A stretch of 64,000 nt of DNA from Dendrobates tinctorius (lineage: Eukaryota): the NCBI RefSeq assembly GCF_039654945.1, contig NW_027361806.1, forward strand, positions 4,960,001 through 5,024,000, read 5' to 3'. The notes under the pieces were generated by a model that worked only from the letters and a program-made list of their open reading frames with translations, made no database searches and was not told the DNA's origin. Position 1 is the stretch's first letter, and each line of letters begins with the position of its first letter. Positions 12,119 to 27,871 of the stretch are shown here, one piece after another. The position numbers were made by a program, and so were the translations under genes.

Positions 12119-14262
12119 TATATGTATACACAAGTAGTCATCCTGCTCCGATATTTCTTACTGTTCTTATAGATTTTTGGGGGTTTGTTCCCATTCATCT
12201 GACGCACCAAATCTTACATGCGACCATCGCTGCTCTACTCCGATTTGAGGCTTTTTTGGGGATCATACTCCTCCACACCCCTTTAAACCCAATATTTCCC
12301 TAAAAAAAAGCAGCATGTGGTCACTATTGGTATGGCAACCATTTTAGGCGGATCCATTGCAATAATTACATAGGACAATTAATAAGGCCTTGTATCATTT
12401 TTTATTTGTTGATGTATAAAACGTAATGTCATCCAAATGGACACACAGAGCACAAGAGAGATGAAAAAGCGAAAATTTTCTGGACGGAACCCTGCAAAAA
12501 AGTTGCATCCAGTGTGTGCAATCTTCAGCTTGGACTTCAAACTGATAAAAAGTATCAGGACAGGAGAGAGATGATGATATATACATCGGTATCAGCTAAA
12601 TACGACTCTGCCCGTGAGTATTGGGCAAGAGAGTTTTCAACATCTTGATGCAATTAGTTGCGGTTGCGCTTTCTTACAAAAATAGGGATTGCAAAAACTG
12701 TAAAGAATTCAAAAAATGGAAATGATAAAAGAAAATTGCAAAACTTACTGTAAGGTGTTATAAGTTATATTATCCTAAAATCGGGAAACCACTTTAACAT
12801 TACTCGGCGGAGATGCCATTTCCATTGATTTATTCACTTGGCGCACAGATGACTTACAACTAGGAAGTCAGCCAGAGTTTGGACAGATGTCCTCAGTGTT
12901 ATCACAGACTAGAGGTCACAAAAAAGCAAGCAAAAGGAAAAGCCTCAGCAAGGATGTGAATCCTTCCCAGGGGAGCATCTTCTCCTTTTTTTTTAGTAAT
13001 CTTTGCTGTGTAGCAGATGGAGGGGAGCTTGTGGTAGGTAAAACTGGGAGTCCGTGCCGACAGTCAAAGCTAAGTTATTAATGAGGGGAGTACAAAACCC
13101 TGTGGCCGAGGCCGCCTGTATAATGGGCTTCCCGCGTGGCCATGAGATTACTACCCTGCATTCTACTTCTGGGACGGGAACATTACCTGACACCATTGCA
13201 TTGGTTTTGTCCAGGGCGCGAGGATGGAGGCAGTTAATAATTCATCCCCTTATTATCGAGCGTGTAACATGAACATTCTCACATTAGCTTAAGAGCCTAC
13301 GGCATTATGAGTCCAGAACATCCAACTAATTAAAGGGACAAAACATCTGCCTGCATGATTAATTAAAAAACATAGTGTGTCCTTAGGATAGGCCAAAAGA
13401 GTGTGATTAGTGGTGATCTGACCCAGGTACCTTCACTTATCATAAAAAAAAGACTGCACCAATCACAGAATGCAATAAGGATTAGTGCCTTGCTGTTGTC
13501 ACTACTGCAATCAAGGGGCTGCAGCTCTATAAAGGGATAAAACAAAGAACACAATGTCCTTAATTTGGGATGCAAAATGTTGTTGAAGTCACCTCGACTG
13601 TGGGCGATACTCCAGGAGGAGATTCTTCTAGTCAGGGTTACGGATAAATGGCAGCACCATCGTCTCACGATCAATGATGAAAATGTGGACACTTATCGTT
13701 AGTGTGTGAAGTGTACCATGAAAGTCAATGAAAGGGGACAAGATTTACTCCATGAAACATCGATCATACTGAGAACGTGTATTATTTGTATCTGCCATTT
13801 TCCCAAAGAGCGTTCCGGTGATTAAATACAATTTTGGTAAAATTTTCAAAAATAGTGGGACATAAGTTAGATGATGTACAGACCATAAATCTTTAGCATT
13901 TATATCTCTACCATACACTAAAGACCCATGTAAACTGGCCGGTAATTTATCAGATTGTAACGCTAACGACCCATCGTTCACAATAATCATGTAATGTGAA
14001 AGGATTGTGCAACTGAAAAATGAGTCAAAAATTGCTCATTCATCGTGCGTGAAAATGTTTTAGACGAGTGAAAAAATTCTCGTTCAACTTTTGAAAATTG
14101 TGTAATGGAAACTGAGAATGTTCACTTGTTCAACAATTTCAACGACAGAAAAGAGAAGTGGAAATTCATGTCCTAAATGGGTAAAAAAACAAAACAAAAA
14201 AACATTGGCGTTCCTCTAAGTGTGTACTAGATAATATCTGTGAGAGAGGGTTTTTTTTACTG

Positions 14263-14346
14263 ACTCGGACAAGATGTGCATCTATAGACACTTCGCTCGA
14301 ACAGGTTGTGCATCTATAGACAACGCTCGGACAAGATGTGCATCTA
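14263..14346. repeat. Left remnant of the 32-bp satellite (about 3 diverged units)
   Basis: CTCGGACAAGATGTGCATCTATAGACA units upstream of the Tc1. Confidence 0.85.
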
Positions 14347-15983
<1,637 letters not shown>

Positions 15984-18900
15984 TATAGACACTAAGCTCG
16001 GACAAGATGTGCATCTATAGACACTACGCTCGGACAGGCTGTGCATCTATAGACAACGCGCTCGGACAGGTTGTGCATCTATAGACACAGCGATCTGACG
16101 GGTTGTGCATCTATAGACACAGCATTCGGACAGGTTGTGCATCTATAGACACAGCGTTCGGACGGGTTGTGCATCTATAGACACAGCGATCAGACGGGTT
16201 GGGTACCTATAGGCACAGCGATCAGACGGGTTGGGTACCTATAGGCACAGCGATCAGATGAGTTGTGCATCTATAGACACAGCGATCAGATGAGTTGTGC
16301 ATCTATAGACAGCGATCAGATGGGTTGGGTACCTATAGGCACAGCGATCAGACGAGTTGTGCATCTATAGACACAGCGATCAGATGAGTTGTGCATCTAT
16401 AGACACAGCGATCAGATGAGTTGTGCATCTATAGACACAGCGATCAGACGAGTTGTGCATCTATAGACACAGCGATCAGACGGGTTGTGTACCTATAGAC
16501 ACAGCGATCAGATGAGTTGTGCATCTATAGACAGCGATCAGATGGGTTGGGTACCTATAGGCACAGCGATCAGACGAGTTGTGCATCTATAGACACAGCG
16601 ATCAGATGGGTTGTGCATCTATAGACACAGCGATCAGACGGGTTGTGCATCTATAGACACAGCGATCAGACGGGTTGTGTACCTATAGACACAGCGATCA
16701 GATGAGTTGTGCATCTATAGACAGCGATCAGACGGGTTGGGTACCTATAGGCACAGCAATCAGGCGAGTTGTGCATCTATAGACACAGCGATCAGATGGG
16801 TTGTGCATCTATAGACACAGCGATCAGACGGGTTGTGCATCTATAGACACAGCGATCAGACGGGTTGGGTACCTATAGGCACAGCAATCAGACGGGTTGG
16901 GTACCTATAGGCACAGCGATCAGACGAGTTGTGCATCTATAGACACAGCGATCAGATGAGTTGTGCATCTATAGACACAACGATTAGGTGGGTTGGGTAC
17001 CTATAGGCACAGCGATCAGATGAGTTGTGCATCTATAGACACATCGATCAGACGAGTTGTGCATCTATAGACACAGCGATCAGACGGGTTGTGTACCTAT
17101 AGACACAGCGATCAGATGAGTTGTGCATCTATAGACAGCGATCAGATGGGTTGGGTACCTATAGGCACAGCGATCAGACGAGTTGTGCATCTATAGACAC
17201 AGCGATCAGATGGGTTGTGCATCTATAGACACAGCGATCAGACAAGTTGTCCATCTATAGACACAGCGATCAGACGGGTTGTGCATCTATAGACACAGCG
17301 ATCAGACGAGTTGTGCATCTATAGACACAGCGATCAGACGGGTTGGGTACCTATAGGCACAGCGATCAGACGAGTTGTGCATCTATAGACACAGCGATCA
17401 GATGGGTTGTGCATCTATAGACACAGCGATCAGACGAGTTGTCCATCTATAGACACAGCGATCAGACGGGTTGTGCATCTATAGACACAGCGATCAGACG
17501 AGTTGTGCATCTATAGACACAGCGATCAGACGGGTTGGGTACCTATAGGCACAGCGATCAGAAGAGTTGTGCATCTATAGACAGCAATCAGATGGGTTGT
17601 GCATCTATAGACACAGCGATCAGATGGGTTGTGCATCTATAGACACATCGATCAGACAAGTTGTCCATCTATAGACACAGCGATCAGACGAGTTGTGCAT
17701 CTATAGACACATCGATCAGACAAGTTGTCCATCTATAGACACAGCGATCAGACGAGTTGTGCATCTATAGACACAGCGATCAGATGGGTTGTGCATCTAT
17801 AGACACATCGATCAGACAAGTTGTCCATCTATAGACACAGCGATCAGACGGGTTGTGCATCTATAGACACAGCGATCAGACGAGTTGTGCATCTATAGAC
17901 ACAGCGATCAGACGGGTTGTGTATCTATAGGCACAGCGATCAGACGAGTTGTGCATCTATAGACACAGCGATCAGATGGGTTGTGCATCTATAGACACAG
18001 CGATCAGACAAGTTGTCCATCTATAGACACAGCGATCAGACGGGTTGTGCATCTATAGACACAGCGATCAGACGAGCTGTGCATCTATAGACACAGCGAT
18101 CAGACGGGTTGGGTACCTATAGGCACAGCGATCAGACGAGTTGTGCATCTATAGACACAGCGATCAGATGGGTTGTGCATCTATAGACACAGCGATCAGA
18201 CGAATTGTCCATCTATAGACACAGCGATCAGACGGGTTGTGCATCTATAGACACAGCGATCAGACGAGTTGTGCATCTATAGACACAGCGATCAGACGGG
18301 TTGGGTACCTATAGGCACAGCGATCAGACGAGTTGTGCATCTATAGACAGCGATCAGACGGGTTGGGTACCTATAGGCACAGCGATCAGACGGGTTGGGT
18401 ACCTATAGACACATCGATCAGATGGGTTGTGCATCTATAGACACAGCGATCAGACGGGTTGTGCATCTATAGACACAGCGATCAGACGGGTTGGGTACCT
18501 ATAGGCACAGCAATCAGACGGGTTGGGTACCTATAGGCACAGCGATCAGACGAGTTGTGCATCTATAGACACAGCGATCAGATGAGTTGTGCATCTACAG
18601 ACACAACGATTAGGTGGGTTGGGTACCTATAGGCACAGCGATCAGACAAGTTGTGTATCTATAGACACAGCGATCAGATGGGTTGTGCATCTATAGAGAC
18701 AGCGATCAGACGGGTTGTGCATCTATAGACACAGCGATCAGACGAGTTGTGCATCTATAGGCACAGCGATCAGACGGGTTGTGCATCTATAGACACAGCG
18801 ATCAGACGGGTTGTGCATCTATAGACACAGCGATCAGACGGGTTGTGCATCTATAGACACAGCGATCAGACGGGTTGTGCATCTATAGACACAGCGATCA

Positions 18901-19373
18901 GACGAGTTGTGCATCTATAGACACAGCGATCAGACGGGTTGGGTACCTATAGGCACAGCGATCAGACGGGTTGTGCATCTATAGGCACAGCGATCAGACG
19001 AGTTGTGCATCTATAGGCACAGCGATCAGACGAGTTGTGCATCTATAGACACAGCGATCAGAGGGGTTGTGCATCTATAGACACAGCGATCAGAGGGGTT
19101 GTGCATCTATAGACACAGCGATCAGAGGGGTTGTGCATCTATAGACACAGCGATCAGAGGGGTTGTGCATCTATAGACACAGCGATCAGAGGGGTTGTGC
19201 ATCTATAGGCACAGCGATCAGACGAGTTGTGCATCTATAGACACAAGGATCAGAGGGGTTGTGCATCTATAGACACAGCGATCAGAGGGGTTGTGCATCT
19301 ATAGGCACAGCGATCAGACGAGTTGTGCATCTATAGACACAGCGATCAGACGGGTTGTGTACCTATAGGCACA
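15984..19373. repeat. 32-bp tandem satellite, about 105 units
   Basis: Consensus CAGACGGGTTGTGCATCTATAGACACAGCGAT, a variant with GGGTACCTATAGGCAC, and occasional 30-bp units. Confidence 0.97.
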
Positions 19374-20151
19374 ACTCCCCAACTACGCCAGTATCCTTAA
19401 ACACTGGTCACGGCAGCTCCGCCTCAGGGGACCCGGTCAGGGTATAAGAATTCAAGGACACAAAAAACTGAGTAGACGTGGGCGCCAGATTGGAGGACAA
19501 GGAATCTTGGCCCGAGGAAGAAGGTGGTTCAACTTTGAAACACGTTTCCAAATAAAAGGTTTTATACAGTAATATTTTGTTTTCCCCAAATCCTTATCCC
19601 CCCAGTGTGGAGCCCATATCTACTCAGTTGTTTCTAGCTTTGAATCCAAATAGTCTGTGTGAACAAAGTGCACAATGTAAAATGTAACTGATCGCTACTC
19701 AACCATTTCATTAACGACACTTATCTGACATGTTCGCTAATCATGAATTACGATTGCAAAGTTCTGTGTTAAAATTGTTATCTGCTCGTCTATGTGAACC
19801 CTAACAGCACAGGTGGGAGCTGCAGTAGTTTTCTGCTAAGAAGCACTCCACTTTCCAGCACTAATCTATAATTCCCATTAAGCTCTACCAGCATCATCCA
19901 CCACTGGAAGAGTTAAGCAAAAAAGAAAAACTATGCATCTTGTTTTTCACTGCTCTACAAGTCCAGATTTGTTTTAGTTTAAATTACTTATTCACAAAAT
20001 ACAAGTGAATTGTGGAACAAATGTGGACAGATGGACAAAACCCAGCAGCGCGTGAACGGGTGCCAGCAATTATGTCGAGATACACAGACGTATCTCATAC
20101 TTGTATGATCAACACAAAGGATCAAAACTAGAACTGTGTAGGAGAATAATA

Positions 20152-21010
20152 TGCAGTGAGACATGGCTGGAGTAATGCTTCTAGTGGTGCTGTGATCGCT
20201 CATGTGCAATGCGACATGGCTGGAGTAATGCTTCTAGTGGTGCTGTGATCGCTCATGTGCAATGAGACATGGCTAGAGTAATGCTTCTAGTGGTGCTGTG
20301 ATCGCTCATGTGCAATGAGACATGGCTGGAGTAATGCTTCTAGTGGTGCTGTGATCGCTCATGTGCAATGAGACATGGCTAGAGTAATGCTTCTAGTGGT
20401 GCTGGTGATCGCTCATGTGCAATGAGACATGGCTAGAGTAATGCTTCTAGTGGTGCTGGTGATCACTTATGTGCAATGAGACATGGCTAGAGTAATGCTT
20501 CTAGTGGTGCTGGTGATCACTTATGTGCAATGAGACATGGCTGGAGTAATGCTTCTAGTGGTGCTGTGATCGCTCATGTGCAATGAGACATGGCTGGAGT
20601 AATGCTTCTAGTGGTGCTGGTGATCGCTCATGTGCAATGAGACATGGCTAGAGTAATGCTTCTAGTGGTGCTGGTGATCACTTATGTGCAATGAGACATG
20701 GATGGAGTAATGCTTCTAGTGGTGCTGGTGATCGCTCATGTGCAATGAGACATGGCTGGAGTAATGCTTCTAGTGGTGCTGGTGATCGCTCATGTGCAAT
20801 GAGACATGGCTGGAGTAATGCTTCTAGTGGTGCTGGTGATCGCTCATGTGCAATGAGACATGGCTGGAGTAATGCTTCTAGTGGTGCTGGTGATCGCTCA
20901 TGTGCAATGAGACATGGCTGGAGTAATGCTTCTAGTGGTGCTGGTGATCGCTCATGTGCAATGAGACATGGCTGGAGTAATGCTTCTAGTGGTGCTGGTG
21001 ATCACTCACA
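20152..21010. repeat. 53/54-bp minisatellite, about 16 units
   Basis: GACATGGCTGGAGTAATGCTTCTAGTGGTGCT(G)GTGATCGCTCATGTGCAATGA. Confidence 0.97.
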
Positions 21011-21779
21011 TAACTGCCATGTGGAAGAGCTGCTGGGTCCAACTAGACTCATTAGAGCCCGAAATGTGAGAAGTGAGCTATTTCCCTGTAGTGTTATGAG
21101 CACACTGCATATTTGGGATTTTTTGTGCATAAAAATTTGCTGCAGTGTTGGCAGCAAAAATTTTGCATACGTTTTTGATGCATTTTTACATGCATTTTTG
21201 CTGTTTTTTCCTAATGTATTTGAATGGATGAAAAACGTTGCAAAAATGCTGCTGGAAATTTGAAAAAGCGCAATGATGCTTAAAACCCGCCTGGAAAAAA
21301 TAGGTAGCAAGTGCATTAGATTTCAGAAATCTCATTTATATTGTTGGTAAATTTAGCCTTGAATAAAACGTGCCATATGTGAACAAGCCCTAAGGTTATG
21401 TTCCCACGCTGAATATTTGGTAAGATTTTGACGTTGCATATTTTCGATTAGGTAAATTACTTGCAGTTTTTTTTTTTCATTTTTAATGATTTTGAGGCTG
21501 CAGTTTTTTTGGGGGGTTTTTGGCATGTCACGTTAAATAAAGCTGCTTTGTTTGTGATACGTCCTGGTATTTTGCTTTGACAAAACGTTAGTGCTACATT
21601 CATGTTATGGCTTTCCTTGTTGTTATTGGAATGTGTACATTGTAGATTCAGACTGATGGCAGCAAAACCACAAAAGTGCACATATGGAAACAAGGTAGTG
21701 CGAAACAAACAAGAAAATGCGTTAAACCTTAGATTCCTCCAAATGACCCCTTTTTCACTCTGATGACAGCGTTACATCC

Positions 21780-22460
21780 TGGGTGTTTTCTTGGGAAGCT
21801 TCATCAGGTCATCACCTGGAATGGCTACAATAGTCTTGAAGGAGTTCCCCGAGGTGCTAAGCACTTGATGGTGGTTTTGCCTTAACTATGCATCCCACTT
21901 ATCCCAAACCACTTAGTTGTGTTGAGGTTGGATGACTGTGGGTGATTGTAATCTGATGCAGACTCCATCCCATCAAGCCACGTCTGCTTTAATTTGGAAT
22001 AAATTGTCAATGGTGTCACCTGCAAGGCACCTTCTCACCTCTGCCTCCATGCTCACCTCTTCTGCATCTCACAAACACGTGGAAGTTGGTACCACAATTT
22101 TGGTACTCATCAGATCACAGTACAGATTTTCACAGATCTGATGTCCAGTCCTCGTGTTTTCTTGGTCAAACCAAGTCTCTCCTTCTTTTCAGTCTTCATT
22201 AGTGGCGTCTTTGCAGTGATTTGATAATTTGACCATAAAGACCTGCTTTTCACCGTCTCATCTGGACAGTAGATATTGAGATGTATTTGCTACTAGATGT
22301 CTGTACATCATCTATGAGAGTTGTTAATTTCTGAGGCTTGATGAACTCATCCTCTGCAGCAGAGATAGTTCTTTTTCTTCCTTTCTTTGGGTTGTTATGA
22401 TGATCACTAGTTTCATCATAGTGATTGATGGTTTTCACTACACTTGAAGAGGTGGTCCAC
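21780..22460 (-). mobile_element. Old decayed Tc1-like transposase fragment
   Basis: Minus-strand remnants PKKGRKRTISAAEDEFI and ISISTVQ, broken by many indels. Confidence 0.6.
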
Positions 22461-22629
22461 TTCAATGTATATTGTGCACATCGATTTAAACCTTTCAAAA
22501 AAGTCTTTTTGCAAATACCTTATGTTGACATATTTGCCTTTAAGCGGTGATATCACAGCTCGCTCAGTCCCGACCACATGACTCCCAGCTGCAGCCACTG
22601 CTAACATTTGATGATGTCATGTCGAATTC

Positions 22630-23108
22630 CAGCCACTGCCGAAATTCTTTTGCAACCTTGTCCACTTCTGTGCCTTGCCACAATTTTGTCTCTGAGCTCA
22701 TTGGCCAGTTCCTTTGACCTCATGATTCTCATTTGGTCCGACATGCACTGTGAGCTGTGAGGTCTTATATACACAGGTGTGCGCCTTTACAAATCAAGTC
22801 CTATCAGTTTAATTAAACACAGCTGGACGCCAATGAAGGAGTAGAACCATCTCAAGGAGGATCACAAGGAAATGGACAGCATGTGTGTCTGAGCAAAGGG
22901 TCTGAATACTTATGACTATGTGATATTTAAGTTTTCCTTTTTTAATAAATTTGCAAAAATTTCTACATTTCTGTTTTTTTTCAGTCAAGATGGGGTGCAG
23001 AGTGTACATTAATGTGAAAAAAATGAACTTATTTAAATTTACCAAATGGCTGCAATGAAACAAGGAGTGAAAAATTTAAAGAGGTCTGAATACTTTCCGT
23101 GCCAACTG
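22630..23108 (-). mobile_element. Tc1 5' fragment (TIR plus transposase start)
   Basis: Minus strand begins TA|CAGTTGGCACGGAAAGTATTCAGAC. ATG at 22723 gives MRSKELANELRDKIVARHRSGQGCKRIS. Confidence 0.85.
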
Positions 23109-23904
23109 TAGGGGCAGTATTATAGTAGTTATATTCTTGTACATAGGGGGCAGTATTATAGTAGTTATATTCTTGTACATAGAGGCAGTATTATAGTAGT
23201 TATATTTTTGTACATAGGGGACAGTATTATAGTAGTTATATTCTTGTACATAGGAGCAGTATTATAGTAGTTATATTCTTGTACATAGGGGCAGTATTAT
23301 AGTAGTTATATTCTTGTACATAGGGGCAGTATTATAGTAGTTATATTCTTGTACATAGGGGGCAGTATTATAGTAGTTATATTCTTGTACATAGAGGCAG
23401 TATTATAGTAGTTATATTCTTGTACATAGGGGACAGTATTATAGTAGTTATATTCTTGTACATAGGGGCAGTATTATAGTAGTTATATTCTTGTACATAG
23501 GGGGCAGTATTATAGTAGTTATATTCTTGTACATAGGGGCAGTATTATAGTAGTTATATTCTTGTACATAGGGGCAGTATTATAGTAGTTATATTCTTGT
23601 ACATAGGAGCAGTATTATAGTAGTTATATTCTTGTACATAGGGGCAGTATTATAGTAGTTATATTCTTGTACATAGGGGGCAGTATTATAGTAGTTATAT
23701 TCTTGTACATAGGGGCAGTATTATAGTAGTTATATTCTTGTACATAGGAGCAGTATTATAGTAGTTATATTCTTGTACATAGGAGCAGTATTATAGTAGT
23801 TATATTCCTGTACATAGGAGCAGTATTATAGTAGTTATATTCTTGTACATAGGAGGCAGTATTATAGTAGCTATATTCTTGTACATAGGAGCAGTATTAT
23901 AGTA
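23109..23904. repeat. 35/36-bp satellite, left block
   Basis: TAGGGGCAGTATTATAGTAGTTATATTCTTGTACA, about 22 units. Confidence 0.97.
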
Positions 23905-25012
23905 ACATAGTAACATAGTTATTAAGGTTGAAGGGAGACTTTAAGTCCATCTAGTTCAACCCATATCCTATCCTAACTTGCCCTAACATGTTGATCCAGA
24001 GGAAGGCAAAAAAAAACCCATGTGGCAACAGTAAGCTTCACATTGGGGAAAAAAATTCCTTCCCGACTCCACATACGGCAATCAGACTAGCTCCCTGGAT
24101 CAACGCAATATTAAGGAGACTAGTGTATATACCCTGTAATATTATACTTTTCAAGAAAGGCATCCAGTTCCTTCTTAAATTTTAGTAGTGAATCACTCAT
24201 TACAACATCATATGGCAGAGAGTTCCATAGTCTCACTGCTCTTACAGTAAAGAATCCGCGTCTGTGAGTATGCTTAAACCTTCTTTCCTCCAGAAGTAGA
24301 GGATGCCCCCTTGTCCCGGTCACAGGTCTAAGAGTAAAAAGATCATTAGAAAGGTCTTTGTATTGTCCCCACATATATTTATACATTGTAATAAGATCAC
24401 CCCTAAGCCTTCGATTCTCCAAACTAAATAACCCCAAGTGTAATAACCTGTCTTGGTATTGCAGACCCCCTAGTTCCCTAATAACCTTGGTCGCTCTTCT
24501 CTGCACCCGCTCCAGTTCAGCTATGTCTTTCTTATACACCGGAGACCAGAACTGTACACAGTATTCTAAGTGTGGTCGCACTAGTGACTTATATAGAGGT
24601 AAAATTATGTTCTCCTCATGAGCATCTATGCCTCTTTTAATGCACCCCATTATTTTATTTGCCTTTGCAGCAGCTGCTTGACTCTGGCCACTAAATGTGA
24701 GTTTGTCGTCCACCCATACACCCAGGTCTTTTTCAGTGACTGTTTTGCCCAGTGTTTTACAATTAAGCACATAATTATACAACTTGTTTGTTCTACACCA
24801 GTGCATGACCTTACATTTATCCCCATTAAAGCTCATTTGCCATTTATCAGCCCAAGCTTCTAGTTTACATAAATCCTCCTGTAATATAAAATTGTCCTCC
24901 TCTGTATTAATTACCCTGCAGAGTTTAGTGTCATCTGCAAATATTGAAATTCTACTCTCTATGCCCCCTACAAGGTCATTAATAAATATGTTAAAAAGAA
25001 GCGGGCCCAAAA
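23900..25012 (-). mobile_element. CR1 LINE (second subfamily), 5'-truncated, inserted in the satellite
   Basis: Uninterrupted ORF to the stop at 24120 with LGPLLFNIFIND, IFADD and [11 protein letters not shown]. 3' tail (TATGTTAC)n near 23900-23920. Confidence 0.95.
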
Positions 25013-25014
25013 CT

Positions 25015-27236
25015 GTAGTTATATTCTTGTACATAGGGGCAGTATTATAGTAGTTATATTCTTATACATAGGGGCAGTATTATAGTAGTTATATTCCTTG
25101 TACATAGGGAGCAGTATTATAGTAGTTATGTTCTTGTACATAGGAGCAGTATTATAGTAGCTATATTCTTGTACATAGGAGCAGTATTATAGTAGTTATA
25201 TTCTTGTACATAGGGGCAGTATTATAGTAGTTATATTCTTATACATAGGGGCAGTATTATAGTAGTTATATTCCTTGTACATAGGGAGCAGTATTATAGT
25301 AGTTATATTCTTGTACAGAGGGGCAGTATTATAGTAGTTATGTTCTTGTACATAGGAGCAGTATTATAGTAGTTATATTCTTATACATAGGGGCAGTATT
25401 ATAGTAGATATATTCTTGTACATAGGGGGCAGTATTATAGTAGTTATTTTCTTGTACAGAGGGGCAGTATTATAGTAGTTATATTCTTATACATAGGGGC
25501 AGTATTATAGTAGATATATTCTTGTACATAGGGGGCAGTATTATAGTAGTTATATTCTTGTACAGAGGGGCAGTATTATAGTAGTTATATTCCTGTACAT
25601 AGGAGCAGTATTATAGTAGTTATATTCTTGTACATAGGGGGCAGTATTATAGTAGTTATATTCTTGTACATAGGAGCAGTATTATAGCAGTTATGTTCTT
25701 GTACATAGGAGCAGTATTATAGTAGCTATATTCTTGTACATAGGAGCAGTATTATAGTAGTTATATTCCTGTACATAGGAGCAGTATTATAGTAGTTATA
25801 TTCTTGTACATAGGAGGCAGTATTATAGTAGTTATATTCTTGTACATAGGGGCAGTATTATAGTAGTTATATTCTTATACATAGGGGCAGTATTATAGTA
25901 GTTATATTCTTGTACATAGGGGCAGTATTATAGTAGTTATATTCTTGTACATAGGGGGCAGTATTATAGTAGTTATATTCCTGTACATAGGAGCAGTATT
26001 ATAGTAGTTATATTCTTGTACATAGGAGCAGTATTATTGTAGATATATTCTTGTACATGGGGGCAGTATTATAGTAGTTATGTTCTTGTACATAGGAGCA
26101 GTATTATAGTAGCTATATTCTTGTACATAGGAGCAGTATTATAGTAGTTATATTCTTGTACATAGGGGCAGTATTATAGTAGTTATATTCTTATACATAG
26201 GGGCAGTATTATAGTAGTTATATTCCTTGTACATAGGGAGCAGTATTATAGTAGTTATGTTCTTGTACATAGGAGCAGTATTATAGTAGCTATATTCTTG
26301 TACATAGGAGCAGTATTATAGTAGTTATATTCTTGTACATAGGGGCAGTATTATAGTAGTTATATTTTTATACATAGGGGCAGTATTATAGTAGTTATAT
26401 TCCTTGTACATAGGGAGCAGTATTATAGTAGTTATATTCTTGTACAGAGGGGCAGTATTATAGTAGTTATGTTCTTGTACATAGGAGCAGTATTATAGTA
26501 GTTATATTCTTATACATAGGGGCAGTATTATAGTAGATATATTCTTGTACATAGGGGGCAGTATTATAGTAGTTATATTCTTGTACAGAGGGGCAGTATT
26601 ATAGTAGTTATATTCTTATACATAGGGGCAGTATTATAGTAGATATATTCTTGTACATAGGGGGCAGTATTATAGTAGTTATATTCTTGTACAGAGGGGC
26701 AGTATTATAGTAGTTATATTCCTGTACATAGGAGCAGTATTATAGTAGTTATATTCTTGTACATAGGGGCAGTATTATAGTAGTTATATTCTTATACATA
26801 GGGGCAGTATTATAGTAGATATATTCTTGTACATAGGGGGCAGTATTATAGTAGTTATATTCTTGTACATAGGGGCAGTATTATAGTAGTTATATTCTTG
26901 TACATAGGAGCAGTATTATAGTAGTTATATTCCTTGTACATAGGGAGCAGTATTATAGTAGTTATGTTCTTGTACATAGGAGCAGTATTATAGTAGTTAC
27001 AGTATATTCTTGTACATAGGGGGCAGTATTATAGTAGTTATATTCTTGTACAGAGGGGCAGTATTATAGTAGTTATATTCCTGTACATAGGAGCAGTATT
27101 ATAGTAGTTATATTCTTGTACATAGGAGCAGTATTATAGTAGTTATATTCTTGTACATAGGAGCAGTATTATAGTAGTTATGTTCTTGTACATAGGAGCA
27201 GTATTATAGTAGTTACGGTATATTCTTGTACATAGG
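25015..27236. repeat. 35/36-bp satellite, right block
   Basis: Same unit as the left block, about 63 copies, resuming in register after the CR1. Confidence 0.97.
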
Positions 27237-27871
27237 TTTATTGAAATTAAATTAATTGAAAAATAATGCAGAATACAGAAATGTCTCTCTGTCATTTAAT
27301 TTGCTATTATTCATCTTGGCGCTGACAGGTTTATAATCCTTTTACAGCACGTACTCACTGTAAGACACAGGGTGAGTTACTGCTCCATTTATTGTTTCAC
27401 ACGTAGATGGAGATATTTTGTCAGGCTTGTAAGGTTGGTTGGGTTTCACTACACAGTGATTATCTTCCCATTAAACATGACATCACCACGTCATGGGTTC
27501 TTGATGGTATAAAAAGAAACCGGCTGAAGTACCCGCCATCCACAGATCCTGAACTGCTCTTGTCTTCATAGACAGGGGGTGGGGAATGTTGAATGTGTAA
27601 GATGAGGTCTTCTTCTCGGCTTAGGTGATGATTGTAGTTTTTTAACGCTGGAATTTTCACAGTACACAAAGAATGAAGAGAGTGACTGGGACAAGACAAA
27701 GATACATTAATTTCTTGGCAGACAAGATATCTTGGATCCTGAATAAAGAGGCCAAAGCTGAAGAGATTTACCAGTTACGGGCAAAAGTGTATGCAATGCT
27801 CCATGCCTGTCCCTCTCCGCCTACATACATGACACAGTGCACTGACACCGCCCCTTTACAAAGAGCCTTAA

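Noticed and set aside
15984-19373. 32-bp palindromic repeats resembling a CRISPR array
   Set aside because: Units are head-to-tail with no unique spacers, there are no cas genes, and the context is a eukaryotic intron.
20691-21263. 190-aa ORF with MRHGWSNASSGAGDRSCA repeats
   Set aside because: Artefact of a 54-bp unit divisible by three; neighbouring 53-bp units break the frame.
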